Positions 18,900 through 28,788 of a DNA stretch of 64,000 nucleotides are shown here, in pieces (the first letter of the stretch is position 1; the number at the start of each line of letters is the position of its first letter). The position numbers and the translations under genes were made by a program. A model generated the notes under the pieces. That model was not told the origin of the DNA. It saw only the letters and a program-made list of their open reading frames with translations, and ran no database searches. The DNA lies in NCBI GenBank assembly GCA_902635945.1, contig CACPPU010000001.1, positions 35,098 to 99,097 of the forward strand, in the 5' to 3' direction. Source of the DNA: an uncultured Candidatus Actinomarina sp. GTDB taxonomy: Bacteria; Actinomycetota; Acidimicrobiia; Actinomarinales; Actinomarinaceae.

Positions 18900-19649
18900 T
18901 TAGATATTAATCTTCTTAGCTATTAAATTTTCTAAACCTAGATTAAAACCCTCTAAATCGTGATAAAGATCGAGGACAACTTTTACTCCATATAGGTATG
19001 CTTTTCTATCATATACTTTATGATCTAAATTAAAAGATTCGTATTCATTTACGAAATCTACCTCTTGCTCAGCTAGAAATTTATCATCTCTCAAAGAATA
19101 TATATTTTTGTTTTTCACATTATTAATTTGATAAAAGTCACCATCTTGTTCGTGAGAGTTTATTTCTGACGGCAAAGAATTTGCTAAATCTAGTGCAGTA
19201 CCAGATGGTGCATCTTGTTTATTTCCATGATGTTTTTCGGTAATATTTACTGAATTAAATTTTTCAGAAAGAGCTAGTGAGAAAAGCTTTTGATATGCAG
19301 CGCCTATAGAAAAGTTTGGTATCACTATAACTTTTTTATCTGTGATTGACTTTAGTTTTGATAACATTTCTGAGCTCACACCAGATGAACCAATAATTAA
19401 ATCAGCATCTGAATTAAGTAGTGAGTCTATATTTTCGTTAATTACCGTGGCAGGCGAAAACTCTAAGACAACATCTTCTTCTATATTTGTTAAATCTTTA
19501 TAGCTTTTATATTCTTGTCCTTTGTAATTAGGATCATGAATTGCTGTTAAAGTAAAATCGTCTCTTGAGTTTATGTAATCTGAAACGAGTAGTCCCATTG
19601 AGCCCGCGCCACCAGATATCAAAACAGTATTTTGTGCGATTTCATTCAT
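18900..19649 (-). CDS. dapB: 4-hydroxy-tetrahydrodipicolinate reductase
   Basis: GGAGSMG, PNFSIG, EKHHGNKQDAPSGTA. Confidence 0.93.
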   Translation of the reverse strand: MNEIAQNTVLISGGAGSMGLLVSDYINSRDDFTLTAIHDPNYKGQEYKSYKDLTNIEEDVVLEFSPATVINENIDSLLNSDADLIIGSSGVSSEMLSKLKSITDKKVIVIPNFSIGAAYQKLFSLALSEKFNSVNITEKHHGNKQDAPSGTALDLANSLPSEINSHEQDGDFYQINNVKNKNIYSLRDDKFLAEQEVDFVNEYESFNLDHKVYDRKAYLYGVKVVLDLYHDLEGFNLGLENLIAKKINI

Positions 19650-19697
19650 CTTTGATAATTCCTTATACTTATAGTTGTTAATGATAATGATAAATAG

Positions 19698-21650
19698 ATG
19701 AATTCAAAGAAAAAAAACATCGAAGCCCAAATAGTAGAAGATTTTGAAAAAATCAGACCTGCAATTACTAGGCTATTGCAGACTCAAATGAAAAATGATG
19801 ATTTATCTCTTCGATATGGAAGGTCAAAATCAAACAGTAAGAATGATATTGTAATAAATCCATCAATACTTGTTAATACAATTTCAAAAACAAATCTTGA
19901 TAGAGATGAGGTTATGATTGGTACAGTTGTGCACGAAGCTATACATGCAACAAATAACTATAGCTTAGACTCTGAATCCTTAAACAAACTATTCCCTGAC
20001 GAACTCGATGATGTAGAAGATATTGATGATGTTCTCGAAATACTCACAGGTCCCTTTGGAAAATATGTCTTTGACATCTTAATTCACTCAATCGAAGAAA
20101 AAATCTTTGTGAAACAATATGAAGGTTTAAATTCAATTCTTGAAGATATTTACACTGAGTCATTTTCAGAAATAAAAAAGCTTGGAAATTTTAGTCAGTA
20201 TCTTTCATTATTATTTCACTCAATAACCTCTTATATAGATCCTGAATTTGAAAACTACAAAAAGCCTGTCGTAAATTCCTTGAATGAATCTTTACACATT
20301 TTAAAAACGTTGAACTATGAAAATGTAAATGTGTCTGAATTAATAGAGGCTACAGTTCAGATGGTTGACATATGTAGACGATATAATATTCTTCCAGACT
20401 TAGACAACTACACACTTGGTGAACAAAAAGAGATTGAAGAATCGCTTGATGAAAGTGTAGTAAATGATTTAAGTAAAGTTCTTATCCCCTCCTCCAACAA
20501 TGTGACAACAGGCAATACTTTACAGAAATTTCTTGGACAGACAGAGTCTAAATCAACTGATGATAAATTAAATCTAATGGATGATCATATATCCAAAGTT
20601 GGTGCCTCAACTACAATCTATTTTCCTTCAGGAAATACTGCAAAAGTCGTTGAAAATAAAATTCCAAACAATTACAAAAACTTATACAAAAATGGTCTTG
20701 AAACATATGAATCTTTATTACAACAATGGAATTTACCTATTTATAAAGTTACAAACAAAATAAAACCCTACTTTATACACAACCAAAAAAGACAAAGAAT
20801 TAGTGGATTCGATCAAGGAGATTTATCTCCGCACGTTCCAATCATGCTTGCGTCAGGCAGATACGAGAGAATGTTTGAACAAAAACAAAGACTGTCTAAT
20901 AAATCATATGCCATATCGCTTTTAATTGATGGAAGTGGTTCTATGATTGAGAAAAATAAAGATGAACTTCATCCTTGGTCTTTAGCCTCAGCATTAATTG
21001 GTGCTAGTTATCTGTCCCAAATATGTTTTGAACTTGATATCGATTTTGAAGTTTCTATTTTTAACAGAGCCTTTGCATCTGAGCATACTGAAAATGAAGA
21101 TACATACAATAAAAGAAAATTTGCAGTTTCATCAATGTTAAATAGAACCTACGGATCTTCAGCACAAGAGCTTTATAGTACGGCAAATCATTATTTTATA
21201 AAAGAGTTTAAAGACTCTTGGAGAGAGAACTATCAGCAATTTATAGGACTAATTGAATTTTCAAGAAACTTAAGAGACTCGATTGACATAGGAATAAGTG
21301 AAGATTCAATTCCACCAGTAAGTATGTTTGAAAAAGGAACTAACATCGATGAAATAAATATCATGCATGCAACAAAAAGATTACTAAACCATCCTTCGAA
21401 TACAAAGATGTTGGTTGTGCTGTCTGATGGTATGACTAGAGGGTCGTTGAGTGAACTTCAAAATAGTATAAACTTTGCGACCAAAAATGGTGTTGATGTA
21501 ATAGGCATAGGAATAGGTAATAGAGGTTCTTGGAGAGAATATATTAATAATGTACAAATTGAAAAACCTGAACAGCTAATTCATTCCATAGTAAACATCA
21601 CAAAGGATATACTTATTAAAAACATTAAATTAACATCTGGAGTTGCCTAA
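19698..21650 (+). CDS. VWA-domain protein (CobT/NorD-like C-terminus) with N-terminal HEXXH motif
   Basis: VVHEAIH (H79-H83); MIDAS LLIDGSGSM, KMLVVLSDG, VIGIGIG. Confidence 0.85.
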   Translation: MNSKKKNIEAQIVEDFEKIRPAITRLLQTQMKNDDLSLRYGRSKSNSKNDIVINPSILVNTISKTNLDRDEVMIGTVVHEAIHATNNYSLDSESLNKLFPDELDDVEDIDDVLEILTGPFGKYVFDILIHSIEEKIFVKQYEGLNSILEDIYTESFSEIKKLGNFSQYLSLLFHSITSYIDPEFENYKKPVVNSLNESLHILKTLNYENVNVSELIEATVQMVDICRRYNILPDLDNYTLGEQKEIEESLDESVVNDLSKVLIPSSNNVTTGNTLQKFLGQTESKSTDDKLNLMDDHISKVGASTTIYFPSGNTAKVVENKIPNNYKNLYKNGLETYESLLQQWNLPIYKVTNKIKPYFIHNQKRQRISGFDQGDLSPHVPIMLASGRYERMFEQKQRLSNKSYAISLLIDGSGSMIEKNKDELHPWSLASALIGASYLSQICFELDIDFEVSIFNRAFASEHTENEDTYNKRKFAVSSMLNRTYGSSAQELYSTANHYFIKEFKDSWRENYQQFIGLIEFSRNLRDSIDIGISEDSIPPVSMFEKGTNIDEINIMHATKRLLNHPSNTKMLVVLSDGMTRGSLSELQNSINFATKNGVDVIGIGIGNRGSWREYINNVQIEKPEQLIHSIVNITKDILIKNIKLTSGVA

Positions 21651-22639
21651 TGGGTTCACAAAAATTTATAAATCCTGATAATGAAAAACAATCTGTTGAA
21701 ATAGAAGAATGTAAATTAGATAAAAAATTAGAAGATTTTGACTCACGTAATAATCGAATTCCTGAAGTTGATGAATTTTATGTAGACCTAGGTATGCAGT
21801 ACAGACTTGCACAGGTTATGAATTCAAAAAGTAAATCTTTTAAAAATGAGATTCCTATACACATTGCATTGATGGGTCATATGGGAACAGGAAAAGATCA
21901 TGACATAGAACAATTTGCAGCAAAACTACGATTTCCATATTACAGAATTCCTTTATCAGGAGAAGTTAGAGACGTAACGCTTTTAGGTTCTGTTCAGTTG
22001 TATGGAGATGGTAAGGGTGGAACTGAAAGCAGATGGCAAGATGGTGAGCTAACAAGAGCTCTAAGAGGGCCAGCAATTGTTAACCTGTCGGAGCTTAATG
22101 CAGCAGGTCCTGAAGTTTTATTTGCCCTTCATTCGTTACTTGATAGACATAGGAAACTAGAACTACCAAACGGAGAAGTTCTTTCTTTAAGAGAAGATAC
22201 ATATATTTTTGGAACCATGAATCCAACAAGTTTGAGAGATTATGCGGGTACCCAGTCATTAAATAAGGCATTTGCCGATAGGTGGGTCATATGGGACAAA
22301 CCCTTTCCAAATAAAGAACAATTAGATGCTATTTTTGAAAAAAGATATCCCAAACTTCAAAAAGAATATAGAGAACTAATCATTAAATTAGCAACAGAAA
22401 TTAACAACTCATTTATGTCTGATGATATAAGTATCAACATAGAAACCCCTATGAGTTTGCGAACAATAGTAGAGAGAATACCTATTGGCTTAGATGTTTA
22501 CACTGACTCAGCAGATCCATTAAAAGATACTTGGGAAAATTTTGTATTACCGCATGTTAATAAAGAAGACTTAGATCATTACAAAACTTTGTGGAACACA
22601 ATAGTTAGAAAAGGGCCTTCTATAAAACCTAAGCTTTAG
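21650..22639 (+). CDS. MoxR-family AAA+ ATPase (CbbQ/NorQ/CobS-like)
   Basis: GHMGTGKD, WQDGELTRA, NLSELNAA, GTMNP, LNKAFADRW; TAATG coupling to the VWA gene. Confidence 0.88.
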   Translation: MGSQKFINPDNEKQSVEIEECKLDKKLEDFDSRNNRIPEVDEFYVDLGMQYRLAQVMNSKSKSFKNEIPIHIALMGHMGTGKDHDIEQFAAKLRFPYYRIPLSGEVRDVTLLGSVQLYGDGKGGTESRWQDGELTRALRGPAIVNLSELNAAGPEVLFALHSLLDRHRKLELPNGEVLSLREDTYIFGTMNPTSLRDYAGTQSLNKAFADRWVIWDKPFPNKEQLDAIFEKRYPKLQKEYRELIIKLATEINNSFMSDDISINIETPMSLRTIVERIPIGLDVYTDSADPLKDTWENFVLPHVNKEDLDHYKTLWNTIVRKGPSIKPKL

Positions 22640-23078
22640 AAAATTTTATTAAAGGGATATCTCTGTTTGTTCTTTTTCTGTACATTTGAAACGTTGGATA
22701 CACTTCGTCTAATAAACTCCAGTAATATTCTTTTTCAGAAGACTCGATTAATTCGTAGGTAGCTTCAAAGCGTTCATTGTTTATTGTGATATAGGGATTG
22801 TCAGTTGATAGGTTGTAAAACCAATCTGGTGTTTTATCATTTCCACTGTATGAAGCTGCAACTATAAAATCATTTTCAAAATTTGCATAAGTTAAAGGTG
22901 TTTTTCTAACTTGATTAGTTTTACTCCCAATAGTTTCAAGTAAGAGAATGTGGTCCCCTATTATTTTTTCACCAAGGAAAGAGTGATTGAATCTTATAAT
23001 TTTGGAGTGAATTTTTGAGATTAACTTATAAAACCATTCCGGCCAGAGATGTGCTGACTTGCCTAGTAATCTCCACAT
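22629..23078 (-). CDS. deazaflavin (F420H2)-dependent nitroreductase/quinone reductase (Ddn family)
   Basis: LLLETIGSKT...RKTPL, AASYSG..PDWFYNL, YRKRTNRDIP. Confidence 0.92.
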   Translation of the reverse strand: MWRLLGKSAHLWPEWFYKLISKIHSKIIRFNHSFLGEKIIGDHILLLETIGSKTNQVRKTPLTYANFENDFIVAASYSGNDKTPDWFYNLSTDNPYITINNERFEATYELIESSEKEYYWSLLDEVYPTFQMYRKRTNRDIPLIKFSKA

Positions 23079-23090
23079 TGATTACTTAAT

Positions 23091-23306
23091 TTAAAAATCT
23101 TCCTGATTTTCTTCTTGATCTTTAAATTTCGGATCGTACTTTTTGAAAAAATCTTTTAATTTATTTTCTAAATCATCAGTTTCTAAATTAGCTAATTCAT
23201 TTCTAAGCTTTTTAATTTGGATCTTAATATCGACATTTTCATCCATAAGCCTTAAAACGTACCTCAATCCAAGGGCTAAAAGAACAAACTTTAAGATTTT
23301 CTTCAT
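23091..23306 (-). CDS. small membrane-anchored coiled-coil protein
   Basis: 71 aa with hydrophobic N-terminus; TATGAT-N6-ATG leaderless promoter. Confidence 0.7.
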   Translation of the reverse strand: MKKILKFVLLALGLRYVLRLMDENVDIKIQIKKLRNELANLETDDLENKLKDFFKKYDPKFKDQEENQEDF

Positions 23307-23373
23307 AAATGCATCATAAATAGAAACTTATTTTAAAAAAAGTTTTTTTTGATGAAATTGCCACTGGAGTTAA

Positions 23374-24138
23374 TTGTTGACCTCAAGTAAACTTAATAAA
23401 GTGCAAGAAATATTAAGTAATCTCGTTGCAGAACAGCAATTATTAGATCAATACCTTCAAAGTATTCCTGTTAGAAATTGGAATACTAAAACTACTTACA
23501 AAAATTGGGATATCACAGCTCATGTTAGCTATCTTGCAGCTCTTGAAGATCTTGCTCACAATGCACTAAAGAAAAAAGGTACTGACTTTAATAAATATAA
23601 AGGGCCTAAGGGTTTAGAAAAATTTGAAAAAGAAGCAATTAAAAAAGGAAATGACATGAGACCACAAGATGTTATTGAATGGTGGAGAATGTCTAGAGCA
23701 TCTGTCATTGAAACTTTAGCTAAATCATCTCCAGGAAAAAAATTAACTTGGTGGAAAAATGAAATTGATTGTAGAACATTTGCAGTTACAAAATTGGCAG
23801 AGACATGGGCACACAGTTTAGATGTTTATGATGCAATGAAAAAAGATTACGAAGACACTGTTCGCGTTGAGCACGTAGCGCTTTTTGGATGGTTAAATGC
23901 AGAACGAGCAAGTAAGGTCAATAAAATTAAATATCAAGATTTAAGAATAGAGCTCATCGGACCAGAATATAAGGCTTGGCAGTTTGGTGATGAAGAAAGT
24001 GAAAATAGTATAAAAGGAAATGCTAGTGACTGGTGTAGAGTGGTTACTGGTAGAGTGCCCAAAGGACATAAACTTACACTTTCTACTGAAGGTGATTTTG
24101 CCAAAAAATTCGTTAAATTTAATCACGTAAAAATATAA
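23374..24138 (+). CDS. maleylpyruvate isomerase-like, mycothiol-dependent enzyme (DinB superfamily)
   Basis: WDITAHVSYLA, LAETWAHSLDV, C-terminal SCP2-like W.FG...GNASDWCRVVTGR. Confidence 0.8.
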   Translation: MLTSSKLNKVQEILSNLVAEQQLLDQYLQSIPVRNWNTKTTYKNWDITAHVSYLAALEDLAHNALKKKGTDFNKYKGPKGLEKFEKEAIKKGNDMRPQDVIEWWRMSRASVIETLAKSSPGKKLTWWKNEIDCRTFAVTKLAETWAHSLDVYDAMKKDYEDTVRVEHVALFGWLNAERASKVNKIKYQDLRIELIGPEYKAWQFGDEESENSIKGNASDWCRVVTGRVPKGHKLTLSTEGDFAKKFVKFNHVKI

Positions 24139-24899
24139 TGCAAGTCTACGGAGTAGTTCACTTAAAAAGCCTTCCTGGCTCCCCTTCTAACAGGTTATCT
24201 ATTGATGAAATTATAGATTCAGCACAAGAAGATGTTAATAGCTTGGTTTATGGTGGTGTTGATGGAATCATAATTGAAAATTTTGGAGACACTCCTTTTG
24301 TAAAAGATGATATTTCCAAACGTACTCTTGCAAGCTTTACTACAGTTGTAGAAAATTTATCAATAGAAAGAGATATTAAAGTTGGAATAAATGTTCTAAG
24401 AAATGATGGTATTGCAGCTCTTGCAATTGCCGAAGCTACTAAATCACAGTTTGTAAGAATCAATGTTTTAAATAACACTATGTTTACCGATCAGGGTGTT
24501 ATAGAAGGTGATGCTCACGGAGTTAATCAGTTTAAATCAAGTCTCAATAGTTATGTAGAAATCTATGCTGATGTATTTGTTAAGCATGCTGTACCACCTC
24601 CTGGTTCAAAAATTGAAAACCATGCAGAAGAATTGATTCATAGAGCTGGTGCAGATGTGGTGATTGTTACAGGAGATGGTACTGGACATGAAATAAATAT
24701 TGAAGATTTACAAAAAGTAAGAAACATTGTTCCAAGTGGAAAACTTGCTATTGGATCGGGAGTAAACTCAACAAATGTCGATGCCTATCAAGATTTGGCA
24801 GACATACTAATTGTAGGAACTAGTTTTAAATTTGATAATGATGTTGCTAAAAGGGTTGACATCAATAGAGTTGAAGAGTTAGTAAGAAAAATAAAATAA
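24138..24899 (+). CDS. BtpA/SgcQ family TIM-barrel protein
   Basis: GVVHL..LPGSP, IIENFGDTP, GINVLRND, ADVFVKH, IVTGDGTG. Confidence 0.93.
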   Translation: MQVYGVVHLKSLPGSPSNRLSIDEIIDSAQEDVNSLVYGGVDGIIIENFGDTPFVKDDISKRTLASFTTVVENLSIERDIKVGINVLRNDGIAALAIAEATKSQFVRINVLNNTMFTDQGVIEGDAHGVNQFKSSLNSYVEIYADVFVKHAVPPPGSKIENHAEELIHRAGADVVIVTGDGTGHEINIEDLQKVRNIVPSGKLAIGSGVNSTNVDAYQDLADILIVGTSFKFDNDVAKRVDINRVEELVRKIK

Positions 24900-24949
24900 T
24901 TTTTATTACTACAATACAAATCTGTTACTTAACTATCATTTTTATTTGA

Positions 24950-25888
24950 ATGGAAGCCATACTTAATCCAGCACTACTATTGTTCCTTTCAGGAATTTTG
25001 ATTGGAACTCTATTTAAATTAATCCTTCACAACTCAATTTCTAAATACTTGGGATATTATTTGTTGCTTTCACTGGGGCTCAAAGGTGGTGCAAGCCTTC
25101 AAGAAAATGGATTTATAAATGAAGTTATTAGTGCATTAACACTTGGAGTAATGTTTGCTCTTTTAATACCAATTATTGCTTACATTTATCTTAAAAATTT
25201 ACTAAATAGCGACGATGCAGCCGCACTCTCTGGAACTTACGGATCAGTAAGTGCTGTTACATTTGTAACAGCTATTGCATATCTTACAACTACTAATCAA
25301 AACTTTGATAACTACATGTCTGCTGTTTTAGTTGTGATGGAGTTCCCAGCAATATTTATGGCACTCTATTTAGTTACGCATAATAAGCAAAATAAAGGTA
25401 ATAATTTAGAAACTATTAAGACAGCATTTTTAGAACTTCCAAATATTATTTTGATCTCATCATTGTTTATTGGATATTTTGTCAATCAAGCACTTTTATC
25501 TAATTTAGATTTCATAATTGTTGAAATATTTGATTACGTTTTATACGTGTTTTTATTTGTAATGGGAACTAGGGTCGCAAAGAGAATTGGAGAACTTAAA
25601 GGCAAAGGAGCTAGCCTAATTGTTTTTGCTTTATGTACTCCATTGATTGGTTCAATTATTGCTTTACTGGCATCTCTAAACTTTAATTTTTCTGTCGGCA
25701 ACGCAACATTGCTTATGGTGTTAACAGCTAGTGCAAGCTATATTGCAGTACCAGCAGTTGTAAAAGACGCTATACCAAATGCAAATCCTGCTATATACCT
25801 TGGACTTAGTTTGGGTGTCACATTTCCATTCAATATCATTGTTGGAATACCTTTATATAACGAACTAGCTAAATACTTTATTGGCTAA
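24950..25888 (+). CDS. sbtA: sodium-dependent bicarbonate transporter family permease (SbtA)
   Basis: LLLSLGLKGG, YGSVSAVTF, VVMEFPAI, ASASYIAVPA, SLGVTFPFNI. Confidence 0.92.
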   Translation: MEAILNPALLLFLSGILIGTLFKLILHNSISKYLGYYLLLSLGLKGGASLQENGFINEVISALTLGVMFALLIPIIAYIYLKNLLNSDDAAALSGTYGSVSAVTFVTAIAYLTTTNQNFDNYMSAVLVVMEFPAIFMALYLVTHNKQNKGNNLETIKTAFLELPNIILISSLFIGYFVNQALLSNLDFIIVEIFDYVLYVFLFVMGTRVAKRIGELKGKGASLIVFALCTPLIGSIIALLASLNFNFSVGNATLLMVLTASASYIAVPAVVKDAIPNANPAIYLGLSLGVTFPFNIIVGIPLYNELAKYFIG

Positions 25889-26596
25889 TTAGAGAAGGAA
25901 TCCACCATCAATGGTTACAACTTCGCCTGTAATCCATGATGCATCATCACTTGAAAGAAAGTAAATCAAACTAGCTATATCTTCTGGTTCTCCTAGTTTT
26001 TTAAGAGCATGAAGGTCCGCACTTCCCTGCTCATCACCTGCCCAAAGCATTTCTGAAAGCTTAGTTTTAACCACCGCTGGAGCAATACCATTCACTCTAA
26101 TATCAGGCGCAAGTTCCATTGCTAATTGTTTTGTCATATAAATTAATCCGGCTTTTGAAATATTGTAAGCTCCCATGTAGTGCGCAGGCTTAATTCCACC
26201 AACAGAACAAACATTCAGAACAGATTCTTTTAAACCAGCTTTTACAGCTTCTCTTGTCCACATTAAAGGACCCATTAAATTTACATCCCATGTTTTCTGC
26301 ACTGCAGATAAATCAACATCCATCAAGCTTCCACCAGAAGGGTTTGTGCCAGCGTTGTTAATTAAAACATCTAAAGACCCTGTTTCATCCACAATTTTTT
26401 TACAGGTCTCAGTTGCAGCAGCAAGATCATCCGCTCTTGCAACGAAACCCTTTAACTGCGAATTTTCAGAAAGTACCGCTTCTAGATTCTCCTCTTTTCT
26501 AGATGTGATGTATACATTCCAACCTTGATCAATAAATTTTTGAGCAGTGGAAAGACCTATACCTCTTGTTCCACCGGTTACGAGTGCAGTTTTCAT
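25889..26596 (-). CDS. short-chain dehydrogenase/reductase
   Basis: TGGTRGIG, NNAG, YNISK; start set at MKTALV. Confidence 0.95.
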   Translation of the reverse strand: MKTALVTGGTRGIGLSTAQKFIDQGWNVYITSRKEENLEAVLSENSQLKGFVARADDLAAATETCKKIVDETGSLDVLINNAGTNPSGGSLMDVDLSAVQKTWDVNLMGPLMWTREAVKAGLKESVLNVCSVGGIKPAHYMGAYNISKAGLIYMTKQLAMELAPDIRVNGIAPAVVKTKLSEMLWAGDEQGSADLHALKKLGEPEDIASLIYFLSSDDASWITGEVVTIDGGFLL

Positions 26597-26642
26597 TATT
26601 GTTAAAGTATAGTAGTTATTTCTCAATTCAGTTACAGTTGAA

Positions 26643-27881
26643 ATGCAAATGGAAAATTTTCAAAAATATAAAGTATTACTTACGCAAAACCAAAACTTTC
26701 GAAAACTATTTGCTGCTCGTTTAATCACACTAGGTGGAGATTGGTTATTAACCGTGCCTCTCTTAGGTATAATTTACGAGTTAACTGAAAATCCATTTGT
26801 AACCTCTCTTGTGTTGGTGGTTCAGAGTGCGCCATTATTTATGCTTGGAAGCTTTGGTGGTTACTTGGCAGATAGATTCGATAGGAAAAAAATAATCGCA
26901 ATCTCAGAGTTCTTATCAGGAATGACAGTATTGTTAATTCTTTACTCAGTCACAACTGAAAATGTAGTATTTATTTTGTTTTCATTTGGATTGCTTTCTG
27001 TTGTAGGTTCTCCATACATGCCTACTTCTGATGCAGCTTTGCCAAACGTTGTTAAAAAGGAAAATTTAGCTGAAGCAAATGTTATATTTTTTTCAAGTTG
27101 GGGTGTGATGGCCGGTCTAGGAGCTGGTCTTGGAGGTTACTTAACAACAATAATCAGTAGAAATATGTTATTTGCAATCGATAGTTTAACCTTTGTGCTT
27201 TCAGCTTTAATAGTCTTCTCGATAAAGAAAAATTTGAGTGAAAAATCTCAAGATAAAGATGAAGAAGAGGATATAAGTTATAAAGAAGGTCTTAAATATG
27301 CTGCATCAAAGAAAGAAATTTTTTCCTTAATTATTACAAAAGCAACCTTTAGTATCTCAGCTAGCGGTTTACTCTCTTTGTTTACTGTTCTCTCTTATGA
27401 TATATATAAAACTGGAGACTTTGGTACAGGCCTTATGTTTGGTGCAAGAGGCGTTGGTGCACTGATTGGTCCTATTGCGATTAGATATTATTTTGGAAGC
27501 ACTGATGGAAAACTACTGAACACAATCGGCATAACCATCATGGCCTGGGGTTTGTTTTATTTCTTTATACCGTTTTCGGTATCACTGTACCTAACAGTGT
27601 TGTTATTAATCCTTGGACACTCTGGTGGTGGTTCACAGTGGGCGTTTTCTACATATGGATTACAAGTACTGACACCAGATAGGCTCAGGGGAAGAATTGC
27701 TGGAATTGATTATTCACTTTATTTTTTTATGAATACAATTTCAACCCTTATGATTGGATACCTTGCAACTGTATATGGTGTGCTTTTTGTCTTTAAGCTA
27801 TTTCCCGTACTGGGATTCATATTCGGATTTGTCTGGTATTTATCTACTAGAAATATCTGGAAGAGTTTAGATAAATCCTAA
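26643..27881 (+). CDS. MFS transporter (DHA3-like)
   Basis: GGYLADRFDRKK motif A, about 12 TM segments, PDRLRGR. Confidence 0.93.
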   Translation: MQMENFQKYKVLLTQNQNFRKLFAARLITLGGDWLLTVPLLGIIYELTENPFVTSLVLVVQSAPLFMLGSFGGYLADRFDRKKIIAISEFLSGMTVLLILYSVTTENVVFILFSFGLLSVVGSPYMPTSDAALPNVVKKENLAEANVIFFSSWGVMAGLGAGLGGYLTTIISRNMLFAIDSLTFVLSALIVFSIKKNLSEKSQDKDEEEDISYKEGLKYAASKKEIFSLIITKATFSISASGLLSLFTVLSYDIYKTGDFGTGLMFGARGVGALIGPIAIRYYFGSTDGKLLNTIGITIMAWGLFYFFIPFSVSLYLTVLLLILGHSGGGSQWAFSTYGLQVLTPDRLRGRIAGIDYSLYFFMNTISTLMIGYLATVYGVLFVFKLFPVLGFIFGFVWYLSTRNIWKSLDKS

Positions 27882-27890
27882 GTGATTTTA

Positions 27891-28754
27891 TCACATAGAA
27901 AAAAGATTTTTTCCTTCAAATTTTTTTGTACCATTAACATAGCTAAAGTACTTTCGGCATTCACAAGATTGATACTCTATGTCAATAGGGTAAAACTCTC
28001 TTTTGGCTTCAGGCCAATACTCTGTTTGAAGTTCTATCATTTTAAGGCCTACATCTTGATGGCTATTTAAATTAAGAAAATTTTGGAGCCTATCTAAATA
28101 TGGTTCTGCCCCTATACCGGTAGGAACATCAGTGGTGATTGGTATAACATCTTCTCTAAACCAGGCAATGTCTATCAAAGCCATAAATATTGGGAAGTCA
28201 TTATTCATCTTAAATTGCTTATTTATATTGTTTGTTGCAGTAATAACATCTCTATTAGAATTTAAAACTATTTCAGCTAACTCTTCTTTTTTTTCATAAA
28301 ATTTAAATGTTGAAGCATCAATGCGGCTATATTGCTTTTCACCCCAATATGAGTCTTCTACTGGGTACGCTGTGAAATTCTCCCACTGCTCTAAACCAAG
28401 AAGTTTTTCTTTTAAAGCTTCAGGATTACCTAAATCATTTATCGTTAGTTGATCAATAGTTAAATCTTTGTTGCACCACCTACTAAAAAATAAAGCTTGG
28501 ATTAATAAAGGTAAGTCTTCTTTTGCTGGTTCAGCAAATTTAATAATGGATTTACTTACTTTATCATCCTCTCTAAAAACATTTAGAAAACGACCTTTTT
28601 GTAAAATCGGATCATCGCTCCAAGGATATGGTTCTCCTGACTCTCTTTTTACACGTACAGATTCACGTTTCTTGCAGTAATCAAAAAAGCTTTGTACTGG
28701 GTCCTCTATTTCAAGACCATCTAGTGAGTGTGCATATGGATTCTCTAAAACCAT
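27891..28754 (-). CDS. aGPT-Pplase1 / 5-hmdU DNA kinase helical-domain-like protein
   Basis: RESVRVKRESGEPYPWSDDPILQKGRFLNVFREDD, GIGAEPYL, DIEYQSCECRKY resemble family motifs (PWT.DPIL..F.NV.R..D; DIE..LCE..KY). Confidence 0.75.
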   Translation of the reverse strand: MVLENPYAHSLDGLEIEDPVQSFFDYCKKRESVRVKRESGEPYPWSDDPILQKGRFLNVFREDDKVSKSIIKFAEPAKEDLPLLIQALFFSRWCNKDLTIDQLTINDLGNPEALKEKLLGLEQWENFTAYPVEDSYWGEKQYSRIDASTFKFYEKKEELAEIVLNSNRDVITATNNINKQFKMNNDFPIFMALIDIAWFREDVIPITTDVPTGIGAEPYLDRLQNFLNLNSHQDVGLKMIELQTEYWPEAKREFYPIDIEYQSCECRKYFSYVNGTKKFEGKNLFSM

Positions 28755-28788
28755 AACTTTAATTTAAACAGATTACTTCACACTTTTC

